DNA of 64,000 nucleotides. It comes from a virus. Lineage: Duplodnaviria > Caudoviricetes. The stretch's first letter is position 1; each line of letters starts with the position of its first letter. The stretch lies in IMG/VR virus record IMGVR_UViG_3300037255_000025, positions 64,001 through 128,000 of that record; one strand, written 5' to 3'. Shown here one piece after another: positions 39,853 to 48,435 of the stretch. The position numbers and the translations under genes were made by a program. The notes below the pieces were generated by a model. The model was not told where the DNA came from, did not search any database, and saw nothing but the letters and a program-made list of their open reading frames with translations.

Positions 39853-40896
39853 ATGTTCGTTCCCGTCGTAGATCAGAAAAACCAGCCGCTCATGCCGACC
39901 TCGCCGGCACGAGCACGTCGCTGGATTGAAACCGGAAAGGCTACACCTTTCTGGAAACGCGGTGTGTTTTGCGTTCGCCTGAACGTCGAGCCCTCCGCAC
40001 GAGAGACGCAAACCATTGCCGTCGGGATTGACCCCGGCAGCAAGCGAGAGGGGTACACCGTCAAGAGCGAAGCACACACGTACCTGAACCTTCACGTCGA
40101 AGCTCGTACCGGCGTCAAGGAGGCCGTCGAGGCTCGCCGAAACATGCGGCGTGCGCGCCGCTTCAGAAAGACGCCGTGCAGGAAGAATCGTCTAAACCGA
40201 AGTCGAGGAGGGCTCCCGCCGAGCACGAAGGCTCGCTGGCAGTGGAAGCTTCGGCTAGCCGGATGGCTGGCGCGAATGTTTCCGATCGTTCGGTTCGTCG
40301 TAGAAGACATCGCTGCCGTGACGAAGAAAGGTCAGCGACGGTGGAACAAGTCGTTCAGCCCTCTCGAGGTGGGCAAGAAGTGGTTCTACCGAGAGTTGGC
40401 GAGAGTCGCTCGGGTGAGCACGAAGAAGGGCCACGAGACGAAAGAGATGCGGGACGCTTGCGGTCTCAAGAAGACCAGCAAGAAGCTCGAAGAGACGTTC
40501 GACGCGCACTGCGTTGACAGCTGGGTACTGGCCAACTCGTTCACCGGCGGCCACAACAAGCCCGACAACGTGGAGATCCTGTGCGTCGCGCCGCTCGCTC
40601 TGCGTAGACGCCAGCTTCACCTGATGCAGCCAGCCAAGGGCGGAGAGCGTCGACGTCATGGAGGAACGAGAAGTCTCGGGCTTCAACGAGGCAGCATCGT
40701 AAAGCACCCGAAGCACGGAATCACTTTCGTCGGCGGGACGCTGGGAGATCGTGTGAGTCTGCACGCGCTCGACACCGGCAAACGCCTCACGCAGAAAGCA
40801 AAGCCGGCTGATTGCCGAGTGCGCTCTCATAACTCGTGGCGTACCTGGACGCCCGAAATCAGCAAGAAAACCGAACGGGGCTCCTCCCCGACCTGA
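39853..40896 (+). CDS. isrB: IsrB RNA-guided nickase (PLMP + split RuvC + bridge helix, no HNH)
   Basis: PLMP, GIDPGSK, RRNMRRARR, VVEDI, HCVDS; 347 aa without an HNH domain. Confidence 0.88.
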   Translation: MFVPVVDQKNQPLMPTSPARARRWIETGKATPFWKRGVFCVRLNVEPSARETQTIAVGIDPGSKREGYTVKSEAHTYLNLHVEARTGVKEAVEARRNMRRARRFRKTPCRKNRLNRSRGGLPPSTKARWQWKLRLAGWLARMFPIVRFVVEDIAAVTKKGQRRWNKSFSPLEVGKKWFYRELARVARVSTKKGHETKEMRDACGLKKTSKKLEETFDAHCVDSWVLANSFTGGHNKPDNVEILCVAPLALRRRQLHLMQPAKGGERRRHGGTRSLGLQRGSIVKHPKHGITFVGGTLGDRVSLHALDTGKRLTQKAKPADCRVRSHNSWRTWTPEISKKTERGSSPT

Positions 40897-40925
40897 AGGA
40901 ACGGGGTTTCCGCCCCGGAAAATCG

Positions 40926-41501
40926 ATGACCGACGTTCGGATTGCCCTCGCGGGCGCAAGTGGCTGTGGGAAAACGACCCTCATGGACTTCCTCGCGCAG
41001 GAGCTAGGGCTTCCCGTGAACCCCGTGGGGTCGAGGTCGGTCGCGCTCGCGATGGGGTTCATGAACCCGTACGATGTTGACGCCGCGGGCCAACGGCCCG
41101 CGTTCCAGGAGCGCCTCGTGCGGGACAAGATCGCCTGGGAAGCTAAGACGCCGTCATTCGTCACCGACCGGACGACGGCGGACAATCTCGCGTACCACGC
41201 GCTGCACGCGCTCGACGACCTCACGGGCTTCGTCATCGACGCCGCGGCCGAGGGGATGCGGCGCTACACGCACGTTCTGTACTGCCCGCTGGCGGAGCAC
41301 CAGTCGCTCGCGGGCGACGCGGTACGCCGCGCGGGCCGGTCATACCACGAGGTCTACGACGCGCTGTTGTACGGGCTGCTGCACCGGTTCTGCGGCGACG
41401 CGGTCGTGCGGGTTTCGGGCGATGACCTCGCGCGCCGTAAGCAGTTCGTCCTCGCGACCGTGACGGGGTGGTTGTCGCCCTCGGCGGAGTCCCGGCGGTG
41501 A
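40926..41501 (+). CDS. P-loop NTPase/nucleotide kinase (AAA_28-like)
   Basis: IALAGASGCGKTT, FVTDRTTADNLAY. Confidence 0.8.
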   Translation: MTDVRIALAGASGCGKTTLMDFLAQELGLPVNPVGSRSVALAMGFMNPYDVDAAGQRPAFQERLVRDKIAWEAKTPSFVTDRTTADNLAYHALHALDDLTGFVIDAAAEGMRRYTHVLYCPLAEHQSLAGDAVRRAGRSYHEVYDALLYGLLHRFCGDAVVRVSGDDLARRKQFVLATVTGWLSPSAESRR

Positions 41502-41640
41502 GCGCGCGACCGACGCGTTGGGGCGAAGCCGTCAACCTGTTGACGTACAGCGTACCTTTTACGCGGCCTCGGGCTTTCTCGTGCTTCGGGATCGAACACG
41601 AGGTTTTCACGGTCCGGGCGCTCGCTGAGGCGCTCTTCGG

Positions 41641-42606
41641 GTGGATCCCGTGACTGGTATTGAGGCCCTGCCGGCGCCCGGGGATCCTGACGCGGTCTAC
41701 TGTTTTGACCTGAACGGATTTATCTGGCGGCTTGCTTCGAGTCCGTTCATGGCCGGCAAGGCCGCGCTGGGGTTCGCCCGGACGCTGCGTCGGATCCTGC
41801 GGGAGCGACGTCCGGGTTACCTGGCGGTTGCGGTCGACAACGCGCTGCCGACGTTCCGCCACGACCTGTTCCGGCAGCACTCGGCCATGTTGGGCGCCGA
41901 GGACTACAAGGCCGACCGGGTCAAGCGGATCAAGCCCCACGAGCGCGCGGCCGTGTTGGAGCAGATTCGCACGGCCCAGGAGCTGCTCGAAGACGCGTAC
42001 GGCGTCCGGTGCCTCGCGGCCCGGGGGTACGAGGGGGACGACGTCTTGGCGACGCTGGCCCAGCGCGGGCTCGACGCTGGGCTGAAGGTCGTGGTGGTCG
42101 CGTATGACAAGGACATGTTCCAGCTCGTGCAGCAGGACCGCTGTTGGGTCTGGGATGGCGAGGGTCGGGTGTTCGACGCCGCGGCGGTCGAGGCCAAGCT
42201 CGGGTGCGCGCCGGACCGCGTGGTCGACTTCATGTCGATCGTGGGCGACTCGACCGATGGCGTGCGGGGCGTCGTCGGGGCCGGACCGGTCGCGGCGTTG
42301 AAGGTCTTGGCGGCGTTCCCAACGCTCGATGCCGCGCTAGAGTCGGCGGAGCGTGGCGACCAGGACCACCCGCTGTGGCAGCAGGATCCGCGGCTCTGGG
42401 CCAAGGTGGTGTCGCAGCAGCGTCAAGCGCAGCTTTGCCGCCAGCTTGTGACGCTCGCGCGTGACGTCCCGCTGGCCGTGACGCTCCAGGAGCTGAGCCT
42501 GTCGGCCTCGATGGCGGTGGAGCTAGCGCTCCAGGACACGACGGCGTCCGAGGCCGACCCTGTTGACGGTCCCGAGGCGTTCGAGTGGTCGGTGGCGGAT
42601 GTTTAG
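41641..42606 (+). CDS. 5'-3' exonuclease (PolI N-terminal/FEN)
   Basis: TFRH...YKADR, GYEGDDVLAT, DKDMFQL, GDSTDGVRGVVGAGP. Confidence 0.93.
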   Translation: MDPVTGIEALPAPGDPDAVYCFDLNGFIWRLASSPFMAGKAALGFARTLRRILRERRPGYLAVAVDNALPTFRHDLFRQHSAMLGAEDYKADRVKRIKPHERAAVLEQIRTAQELLEDAYGVRCLAARGYEGDDVLATLAQRGLDAGLKVVVVAYDKDMFQLVQQDRCWVWDGEGRVFDAAAVEAKLGCAPDRVVDFMSIVGDSTDGVRGVVGAGPVAALKVLAAFPTLDAALESAERGDQDHPLWQQDPRLWAKVVSQQRQAQLCRQLVTLARDVPLAVTLQELSLSASMAVELALQDTTASEADPVDGPEAFEWSVADV

Positions 42607-42632
42607 TCGCACCGCGGGGTAAGGTGGACGAA

Positions 42633-43436
42633 GTGAGCATCCTATCTGACAGCGCGGTCCTGGTCGCCATGGACCAAAAGCGCATCGTGATCGATCCGTT
42701 CGACCGAGCGCGCCTGGGGTCAAACAGCTACGACGTTGCGCTCGGCCCGCGCCTGCTGGTCTACGAGACCGAGGAGCCGATCCTGCGTCCGGATGGCCGC
42801 GTTTTCTTCCCGGGCGCGCCGACCATCCTGGACGTCCGAAAGCAAAACCCGACGATGACGGTCGACATCCCGGAGTCCGGGATCGTCCTGCACCCCGGGC
42901 AGCTCTACCTGGGCTCGACGATTGAGCGGACCGAGAGCCACGACTTCGTGCCGGTGCTGTGTGGCAAGAGCAGCCTCGGTCGGTTGGGCCTTTCCGTGCA
43001 CGTTACCGCAGGATTCGGGGATGTAGGATTCTGCGGGGCATGGACGTTGGAGCTGATGGTCGTGCGCCCGCTCCGCATCTACGCCGGCATGCCGGTGGCG
43101 CAGATCGCCTGGCACACCGTCGAGGGTTTGGTTCTGCGACCGTACGGGTTCAAGCCGGGGGCGAAGTATGCGAACCAGTCGGCGGACCCGGTGGCGTCGG
43201 AGATGTGGCGGAACTTCGACGGCCTGAAGCCTGACGAGTGGCGACCGACCCCTAGCCGCGACCTTCCGCCGTTTAAGCTCAAGCCCGACGAGCGATCACA
43301 GCGCTGGCGCGACGCCGAGGCCCTGTGTGGTCCAGGCTACTGCCCACCCGACGCGCTCAAGATCATCGAGGAAGAGCAGGCCGCGTACGACGCCAAGCTG
43401 TCCGCAGTAAACCTCGACGGTGTGGGGCGGCCGTGA
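42633..43436 (+). CDS. dcd: dCTP deaminase
   Basis: ILSD, NSYDV, GKSSLGRLGL, TAGFGDVGFCG, TLEL, KY. Confidence 0.95.
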   Translation: MSILSDSAVLVAMDQKRIVIDPFDRARLGSNSYDVALGPRLLVYETEEPILRPDGRVFFPGAPTILDVRKQNPTMTVDIPESGIVLHPGQLYLGSTIERTESHDFVPVLCGKSSLGRLGLSVHVTAGFGDVGFCGAWTLELMVVRPLRIYAGMPVAQIAWHTVEGLVLRPYGFKPGAKYANQSADPVASEMWRNFDGLKPDEWRPTPSRDLPPFKLKPDERSQRWRDAEALCGPGYCPPDALKIIEEEQAAYDAKLSAVNLDGVGRP

Positions 43437-43681
43437 GCTACGTGGTCCGGATATCAAGCGGGTATGACCGCTTGGCCTCCTTTTACGTGGCCGACGACGG
43501 GAGGATCACGGCGCAATTCGAGGATGCTAAGGAGTACCCGACGGTGGAGGCGGCCGAGCGAACGACGTTCTGGGTTGCGCGTGTCTGGGTAGGTTATGAC
43601 GTACGTGTCGTAGACCTTGCGGAAGAACTCCTGACGCGAGAAGCCGCGCGTCAGGTTGGCGTCGAGGACCCGCTGTGGTGA
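43433..43681 (+). CDS. 'ADELLEREA' family small protein
   Basis: YVVR...AKEYPTVEAA...VVDLAEELLTREAAR. Confidence 0.75.
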   Translation: MSYVVRISSGYDRLASFYVADDGRITAQFEDAKEYPTVEAAERTTFWVARVWVGYDVRVVDLAEELLTREAARQVGVEDPLW

Positions 43682-43983
43682 GCGGCGCCGCGTGGTTGTT
43701 GGTGATGCCGCGACCCCCGGGGGTGAGCCGGCCTGCGCTGATGTGGTATGTTGGGGGCGCAACCTGGACGTACGACGCGCTCCGCGCGACCGCGTTCCCG
43801 ACCGCCGAGGCCGCCAAGGCCCAGGTCGACGCCGCCGCGATGGGGCTCGGCCCCAAGGTCGCGTTGCGCGTCCGGGCGGTGCTGTTCGCGGAGGTGCTGC
43901 GCGAGAACGAGGCGGTGCTGCGGCGTGCGGTGCCTGTCCTGACGGACCCACGGGGCGGTCCTGGGGGACGGGGCCGTGGTTAG
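43678..43983 (+). CDS. 'ADELLEREA' family small protein
   Basis: WLLV...ATAFPTAEAA...VLFAEVLRENEA. Confidence 0.7.
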   Translation: MSGAAWLLVMPRPPGVSRPALMWYVGGATWTYDALRATAFPTAEAAKAQVDAAAMGLGPKVALRVRAVLFAEVLRENEAVLRRAVPVLTDPRGGPGGRGRG

Positions 43984-44235
43984 GCGCCAAGGGCCTTTCG
44001 TCGTTCGGGTCGAGACCTGGGAGGAAGACAAGCCCGTGGCCTTCTGCCGTTGTCACCCGCGTGCTCGCGGCGAGGTCGCCTGACGCGTCACCCGTCGTTG
44101 GCCGCGGCGTTCGCGGTCGTTGGCCAAGCAAACGTTCTGGCCACCCGATACGCCCGAAAGTACGGGTGGACCCGCACCTCGCGCGTTGTCCCGCTCGCTG
44201 ATGCCCTGTTGGAGGTTGAGGCGGGCCTTGTCTGA
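43976..44235 (+). pseudogene. 'ADELLEREA' family member split by an apparent frameshift
   Basis: GTG 43976 frame (PFVVRVE...) stops at 44083; family tail VVPLADALLEVEA is in another frame. Confidence 0.55.
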
Positions 44236-44500
44236 GTTCTTGATCCGGTTACACAGAGACGGAGTCTGGCCGTACTACTGGACCCAGTATTACTTGGGTT
44301 GGGTGACAGAGCCCTCGCGGGCGACCCCCTACTTGGAGGAGGAAGCGCGCGAGGAACTCAAGCGCGTGATCCACTACTTGGAGGAGGACGCGCGCGAGGC
44401 ACTCAAGCGCGTGATCCGTCGGACAAGTCAGCCGAGTCTCGACGTCGTTCCGTTGTCCGACGCGATGTTGGACCGGGCCGCGCGCTATCCCAACCTCTAG
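44228..44500 (+). CDS. 'ADELLEREA' family small protein with a 45-bp internal duplication
   Basis: FLIRL...WVTEPSRATPY...VVPLSDAMLDRAAR. Confidence 0.72.
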   Translation: MSEFLIRLHRDGVWPYYWTQYYLGWVTEPSRATPYLEEEAREELKRVIHYLEEDAREALKRVIRRTSQPSLDVVPLSDAMLDRAARYPNL

Positions 44501-44742
44501 CCCAACGCCTCCTCTTCGAAGTGGCGCAGGCCGTGGAGGGACCTCGGCGCGCGCAACGCGGCGCTCGGGCGCGAGCGTGCGACCGCCGCCCAGACGGCCT
44601 CCGCGGCTTCCTCAGCCGCCGACAGGATCGGCGGCGGGTACTCGAGCGCGCTCAGGGGGGCCGTGACCCGCGTACGCCTCGCCGGGTACGGGGCCGCGTA
44701 GGGGTTGCAGATTTTGGCAGACTGGGGCACAAAGCTCATCAC
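44497..44742 (-). CDS. Possible small hypothetical protein
   Basis: GAGG upstream on the - strand; convergent overlap with 44500. Confidence 0.4.
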   Translation of the reverse strand: MMSFVPQSAKICNPYAAPYPARRTRVTAPLSALEYPPPILSAAEEAAEAVWAAVARSRPSAALRAPRSLHGLRHFEEEALG

Positions 44743-44767
44743 GTTGACCTCTTGCTCAGGTTGACCA

Positions 44768-44800
44768 GGCCCTCGGCGTTACCCGCGCCGGGGGCTTTCG
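44768..44800 (+). terminator. Hairpin, possible intrinsic terminator
   Basis: GGCCCTCGGCG-ttacccg-CGCCGGGGGCT followed by a short T tract. Confidence 0.4.
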
Positions 44801-44989
44801 TTCGTCTGAGAAGCTAAAACCGGGCCGGAGTCGCGGCCCTGGTAACTTAAGGCTTTTCTAGCAATTCTGCACGGCCGGTAGACGCAAAAACGCATCACAC
44901 GTCCTACAATTGCGCATCGGGGCGATCAACCCCGGGCGTAAGGGCGGCGCGGGTTCCGAAGCGTCGCCCGCGGGGGTAAGGATCCGGGC

Positions 44990-45238
44990 GTGGGCGAACA
45001 GCATGTCGGCGCGTGGATCGTGAAAGTAGTCGGCGGACACGTAGACGTGTCCGCGGCGTGGGTGGTGCGCATCGGCGCGATGACAGGGGCCAGCCGCGTC
45101 ACGACCGAGCCCGGGAAGGCGGTGTTCACCACCCGAGCCACGGCGCTCGACTGGATGAAGGCAAACCACGCGTCCGCGGGGTGCGCGGTTCCGCTGGCTG
45201 ATGAGCTGCTTGAGTGCGAGGCCCGACGGACGCCATGA
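44990..45238 (+). CDS. 'ADELLEREA' family small protein
   Basis: AWIVK...VFTTRATA...AVPLADELLECEARR. Confidence 0.78.
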   Translation: MGEQHVGAWIVKVVGGHVDVSAAWVVRIGAMTGASRVTTEPGKAVFTTRATALDWMKANHASAGCAVPLADELLECEARRTP

Positions 45239-45498
45239 AGCAAGCGTGGATCCTGCGGGAGTTGCCTGACGAGCCTGACGTGGCGCTCTCGTCGGTCTGG
45301 CGGAGACCTACGCTCTACGTAAGCGTGTACGGTGACGATTGCGCGGTCTTCGCCCTTTCGGCAGCAAAGGTGTTCCGGTCGGCAGCTTGCGCAGAGCGTC
45401 ACCGTCGTCGTCTTTTGATGCCCGATCGGTGGACCGTGGTTCCGTTCGCGGACGCGATGCTCGATTACGAGGCGGCGCGCCATGAGGCGGCCCGATGA
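45235..45498 (+). CDS. 'ADELLEREA' family small protein
   Basis: AWILR...AKVFRSAACA...VVPFADAMLDYEAAR. Confidence 0.78.
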   Translation: MKQAWILRELPDEPDVALSSVWRRPTLYVSVYGDDCAVFALSAAKVFRSAACAERHRRRLLMPDRWTVVPFADAMLDYEAARHEAAR

Positions 45499-45758
45499 GC
45501 CGCGATGCTGGCTGGGTCCTGAAGTCGCGGATGACGGCGGAGTACTTTGTGGCTGGGGTTCGGACGGGAGGTACTTGGTACACCGGGGTTCGGACGGGAG
45601 GTGCTTGGTACACCGTCGCGCCCTACTGTTCGATGGGCCGCGTGTTCTGGACGGAAGCCGACGCCCAGGAGGCCCGCGGTCGCCTCGACGACCCGGAGAC
45701 GTGGATCGTGGTCCCGTTGGCGGATGAACTGCTGGAACAGGAGGCCCGACGCCGATGA
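45495..45758 (+). CDS. 'ADELLEREA' family small protein with a 30-bp duplication
   Basis: WVLK...VFWTEADA...WIVVPLADELLEQEARR. Confidence 0.8.
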   Translation: MSRDAGWVLKSRMTAEYFVAGVRTGGTWYTGVRTGGAWYTVAPYCSMGRVFWTEADAQEARGRLDDPETWIVVPLADELLEQEARRR

Positions 45759-46045
45759 CCTGGGTCTTGGTCTGTAGACGCCCCGGCGCGCAACGCGGCG
45801 CGCAACGCGGCGCGCAACGCGGCGCGCAACGCGGCGATACTTATTACGCCCGGGACCTGCGTTCGCACGGTGAAGACTGGCCATACACGCTCATGCTCGA
45901 CTTCGCCCAGGAGTTCTCGACCGAGCAAGCCGCGCTCGCGCATCGGATAGAGCACCCCAGCGATGATCACGAGCTTGTGGTGGCGGGTCCTTGGATCGTG
46001 GTTCCGCTGGCGGATGAGCTGCTGGAACGGGAGGCGCGGCGCTGA
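45755..46045 (+). CDS. 'ADELLEREA' family small protein with (GAQR)4 repeat
   Basis: WVLV...AQEFSTEQAA...WIVVPLADELLEREARR. Confidence 0.8.
   Translation: MTWVLVCRRPGAQRGAQRGAQRGAQRGDTYYARDLRSHGEDWPYTLMLDFAQEFSTEQAALAHRIEHPSDDHELVVAGPWIVVPLADELLEREARR
45785..45836. repeat. 12-bp tandem repeat (GGCGCGCAACGC)x4
   Basis: Read directly from the sequence. Confidence 0.95.
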
Positions 46046-46323
46046 TGAGCTGGGTCCTGAAGCAGGCGGCGTTCCACGACGGCCGTGTACCTAAGGAGCC
46101 CCCCGCGCCGTACTACCTGGGCAGGACTCGCCCCGTGGCTCAGGACTCCGCGGCGGCGTGGTACACGAGTCCTGGGGACGCGATCGAATTCACGACCGAG
46201 CAGGATGCACGGGACTTCGTTCAGGAGCGGGGGATCCTCGGGGAGTGGCGACCCGTTGATCTCGCGGGTGAACTGCTGGCGCGCGAGGCTGCGGGCCCGA
46301 GCGGCAAGCCGGACCGCGGATGA
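46045..46323 (+). CDS. 'ADELLEREA' family small protein
   Basis: WVLK...AIEFTTEQDA...VDLAGELLAREAA. Confidence 0.8.
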   Translation: MSWVLKQAAFHDGRVPKEPPAPYYLGRTRPVAQDSAAAWYTSPGDAIEFTTEQDARDFVQERGILGEWRPVDLAGELLAREAAGPSGKPDRG

Positions 46324-46330
46324 GGACCCG

Positions 46331-46555
46331 ATGCCCTGGATCCTGAAGCAGGACAGACCCTGGCCCTGGTACGTGTGGCGCGCGTTCCCAGCGCTCGTCG
46401 CCAACGGGGCGTACCACATGACCGATAGCCCCGGGAGGGCGCTCGCGTTTGACACGTGGGCCGAGGCCGACCGCTTCCGTAGCCCCAGTCTCGACCTCCA
46501 TTGTGTCAACCAGGCGGACGAGACGCTGTCGTGGGCCGCGGCCCAGCACCCGTGA
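46331..46555 (+). CDS. 'ADELLEREA' family small protein
   Basis: MPWILK...ALAFDTWAEA...VNQADETLSWAA. Confidence 0.75.
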   Translation: MPWILKQDRPWPWYVWRAFPALVANGAYHMTDSPGRALAFDTWAEADRFRSPSLDLHCVNQADETLSWAAAQHP

Positions 46556-46571
46556 AGGCCGCGAAGCCCGT

Positions 46572-46817
46572 GTGGATCGTGAGATTCGGGTCGCGACGAT
46601 CGACGATGTGGGCCTGCCTTGCTGGCTTTACTTGTACATGGACGCCAACGACGACGTTGAGGCGACGAGCTGGCTTGACCTCGCGACCGAGTTCCCTCGT
46701 TCGGGGGAGGCGCGCCGGCTTCTGAAGCGGGGGGGTCTAGGCCCCGTGGGCTGGGAACCCGTGGACCTCGCGGACGAGATGCCTGAACACGCGTTGGAGC
46801 ACGAGTCGCGGCGCTGA
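46572..46817 (+). CDS. 'ADELLEREA' family small protein (true start may be GTG 46552 with a frameshift)
   Basis: ATEFPRSGEA...VDLADEMPEHALEHES. Confidence 0.6.
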   Translation: MDREIRVATIDDVGLPCWLYLYMDANDDVEATSWLDLATEFPRSGEARRLLKRGGLGPVGWEPVDLADEMPEHALEHESRR

Positions 46818-46844
46818 GTCGCGGCGCTGAGTCGCGGCGCTGAG
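46803..46844. repeat. 13-bp tandem repeat (GAGTCGCGGCGCT)x3 spanning a stop codon
   Basis: Read directly from the sequence. Confidence 0.95.
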
Positions 46845-47080
46845 CAGAAACCTGTCTGCGGGGCGTTCGGGCTCAACGGCGTAGGCGCGCTCTAGCGTGC
46901 GTCTCCGTGGAGCCTCCTTGGGAACCCGGGCCAGTATATCGCCGGACGCGCCAGAAGCGTCTCGTGTGGCCGCGACGCCCCCCGGGCGCCCGCTCGGAGC
47001 TTCCTCGGAGCTTCCTCGGAGCCTCCTCCCGCGCCCCACGCTTGCGGCAAGGGCTGCCGCGCCGGTACAATGCCCTCTCC

Positions 47081-47935
47081 ATGCCGAGAAAGTTCCGTCC
47101 CCCGGTCGACCCCGCGCTGCGCCAGAAGCGCCCCGCGCTGCCCCGTACGCGCGCGCTCTACGATGAGTATGTCGAGCAGTTCCGCCGGGATAGCCGCATC
47201 GCCCGGGTCGCCGCCCACTTCGGCGTCACGTGGACGACGGCCCGGATCGTCTACCACGACGGGTGGGTCGGGATCCCCTGGGCCCGGCCGATCAAGAAGG
47301 TCCTGGAGCAGGACGTCTTCGAGGAGGAGAACCGGTCCCGGGAACAAGCCCGCCGCGACCGCGCCCGGGAGCTAGAGGCCCGGGAAGCCGAGCAGGAAGC
47401 GAAGCGCGAGGCCCTGAAAGCCGAGCGACAACGGGCCCAAAACGAAGAGGCCACGCTGGTCACCAGCACCCGCCGAGGCCTCCAGCAGCTTGCCTCAGTC
47501 GTGCTGGCGCTGAGCCCCGCGGCGGCCCAGATGGTCCGGGTCGTGATGCGCGAGGCGTTCGACGAGACCGTCGGGCCGGACGGCAAGCCCCAGTACACGC
47601 CCAAAGCCATCCCGACGATCAAGCCCGACGCCGCGATGAAGTACCTGAACGCCATGGCCCAGATGGCGGCCCGCGTGACCGTCGCGGGCGTGGATCTTTC
47701 GCACTTTGCCGCCGAACGCCGTGGGCCGGAGCCCACGGTGGGCGCGGTTGAGATGACGGAGGAGGAGAACGAGGAGGCGTTGCAGCACGCCCGCTCCATC
47801 CTGTGGAGCCTCGACGAGGAGGCCCGGCTGAAGCGGGAGGACGCGTACCCGCGGCCCGAGGCCCCGGCGGTCGCGCGGGAGGACGCCCCGGACAAGCCCT
47901 CGATCGGGCCCCAAAACCCGGGCGAAGTGCACTAA
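47081..47935 (+). CDS. HTH-containing protein, possibly terminase small subunit
   Basis: IARVAAHFGVTWTTAR...DGW, then a coiled coil; TTGCGG/TACAAT promoter upstream. Confidence 0.5.
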   Translation: MPRKFRPPVDPALRQKRPALPRTRALYDEYVEQFRRDSRIARVAAHFGVTWTTARIVYHDGWVGIPWARPIKKVLEQDVFEEENRSREQARRDRARELEAREAEQEAKREALKAERQRAQNEEATLVTSTRRGLQQLASVVLALSPAAAQMVRVVMREAFDETVGPDGKPQYTPKAIPTIKPDAAMKYLNAMAQMAARVTVAGVDLSHFAAERRGPEPTVGAVEMTEEENEEALQHARSILWSLDEEARLKREDAYPRPEAPAVAREDAPDKPSIGPQNPGEVH

Positions 47936-48000
47936 AGGTATATACCTTTGCTTGCGGGTATATACCTTTGCTTGCGGGTATATACCCGAAGGTATATACC
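47934..48000. repeat. Four GGTATATACC palindromes (candidate operator array)
   Basis: At 47937, 47957, 47977 and 47991; the first three have a 20-bp period. Confidence 0.9.
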
Positions 48001-48008
48001 CCGGATTC

Positions 48009-48425
48009 ATGGCAGCTAAACAGAAGCGACTGTTGGTTTGGTCGGCGAGGGCAGAGGCGGCCCTTCGTCGCGCGGAAACGGAGCGGAGGGCCTCCTTGGG
48101 TCGGGAGCTTCTCCCGCGCGAGAAGTCTGCAAGCTCCGTTGTGCTCTGGGCCCTTGAGTCGGTCGGGTCTCCGCGACCTACTATCCGTGAGCGTGTCCGC
48201 GAGAAGGTTGTGCAGGCTCATGTGTATCTTGAGGGCGACCCCGTGGGCGAGCAACACGACGCTGCCGTCGCCATGGCTAGGCTGCGCGAGATCGAGGCGC
48301 ACCCTGAGCGCCTCGTGAGGGGCGAAGAACTGGGGAAGCTCCTTGATGGGCTGGCGGAGTTCCCCGAGCCCTTGGTCGAGTACGACGACCCTCGGGTTGC
48401 CGCGAAGAAGGCCCGGCGCGGGTAA
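48009..48425 (+). CDS. Possible ribbon-helix-helix-type regulator
   Basis: KQKRLLVWS strand, helix, then SASSVVLWALE helix; follows the palindrome array. Confidence 0.5.
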   Translation: MAAKQKRLLVWSARAEAALRRAETERRASLGRELLPREKSASSVVLWALESVGSPRPTIRERVREKVVQAHVYLEGDPVGEQHDAAVAMARLREIEAHPERLVRGEELGKLLDGLAEFPEPLVEYDDPRVAAKKARRG

Positions 48426-48435
48426 GGACCGGGGC

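Larger units (their letters stand above)
39640..40925 (+). mobile_element. IS200/IS605-family IsrB OMEGA element (non-autonomous)
   Basis: Starts GTCAACGACCCC..GGGGCTTG hairpin; ends CCCCGACCTGAAGGAACGGGG hairpin followed by ATGA; lower GC. Confidence 0.88.

Noticed and set aside
39715-40896. IscB or Cas9, and ORF start at 39715
   Set aside because: No HNH domain, so IsrB; 39715-39852 is omegaRNA and the real start is ATG 39853 before PLMP
43433-46817. True integron cassette array
   Set aside because: Genes overlap by ATGA/GTGA with no attC sites and no integrase; the conserved element is coding
47934-48000. Possible mini-CRISPR array
   Set aside because: Units are 10-20 bp with identical spacers, and there are no cas genes
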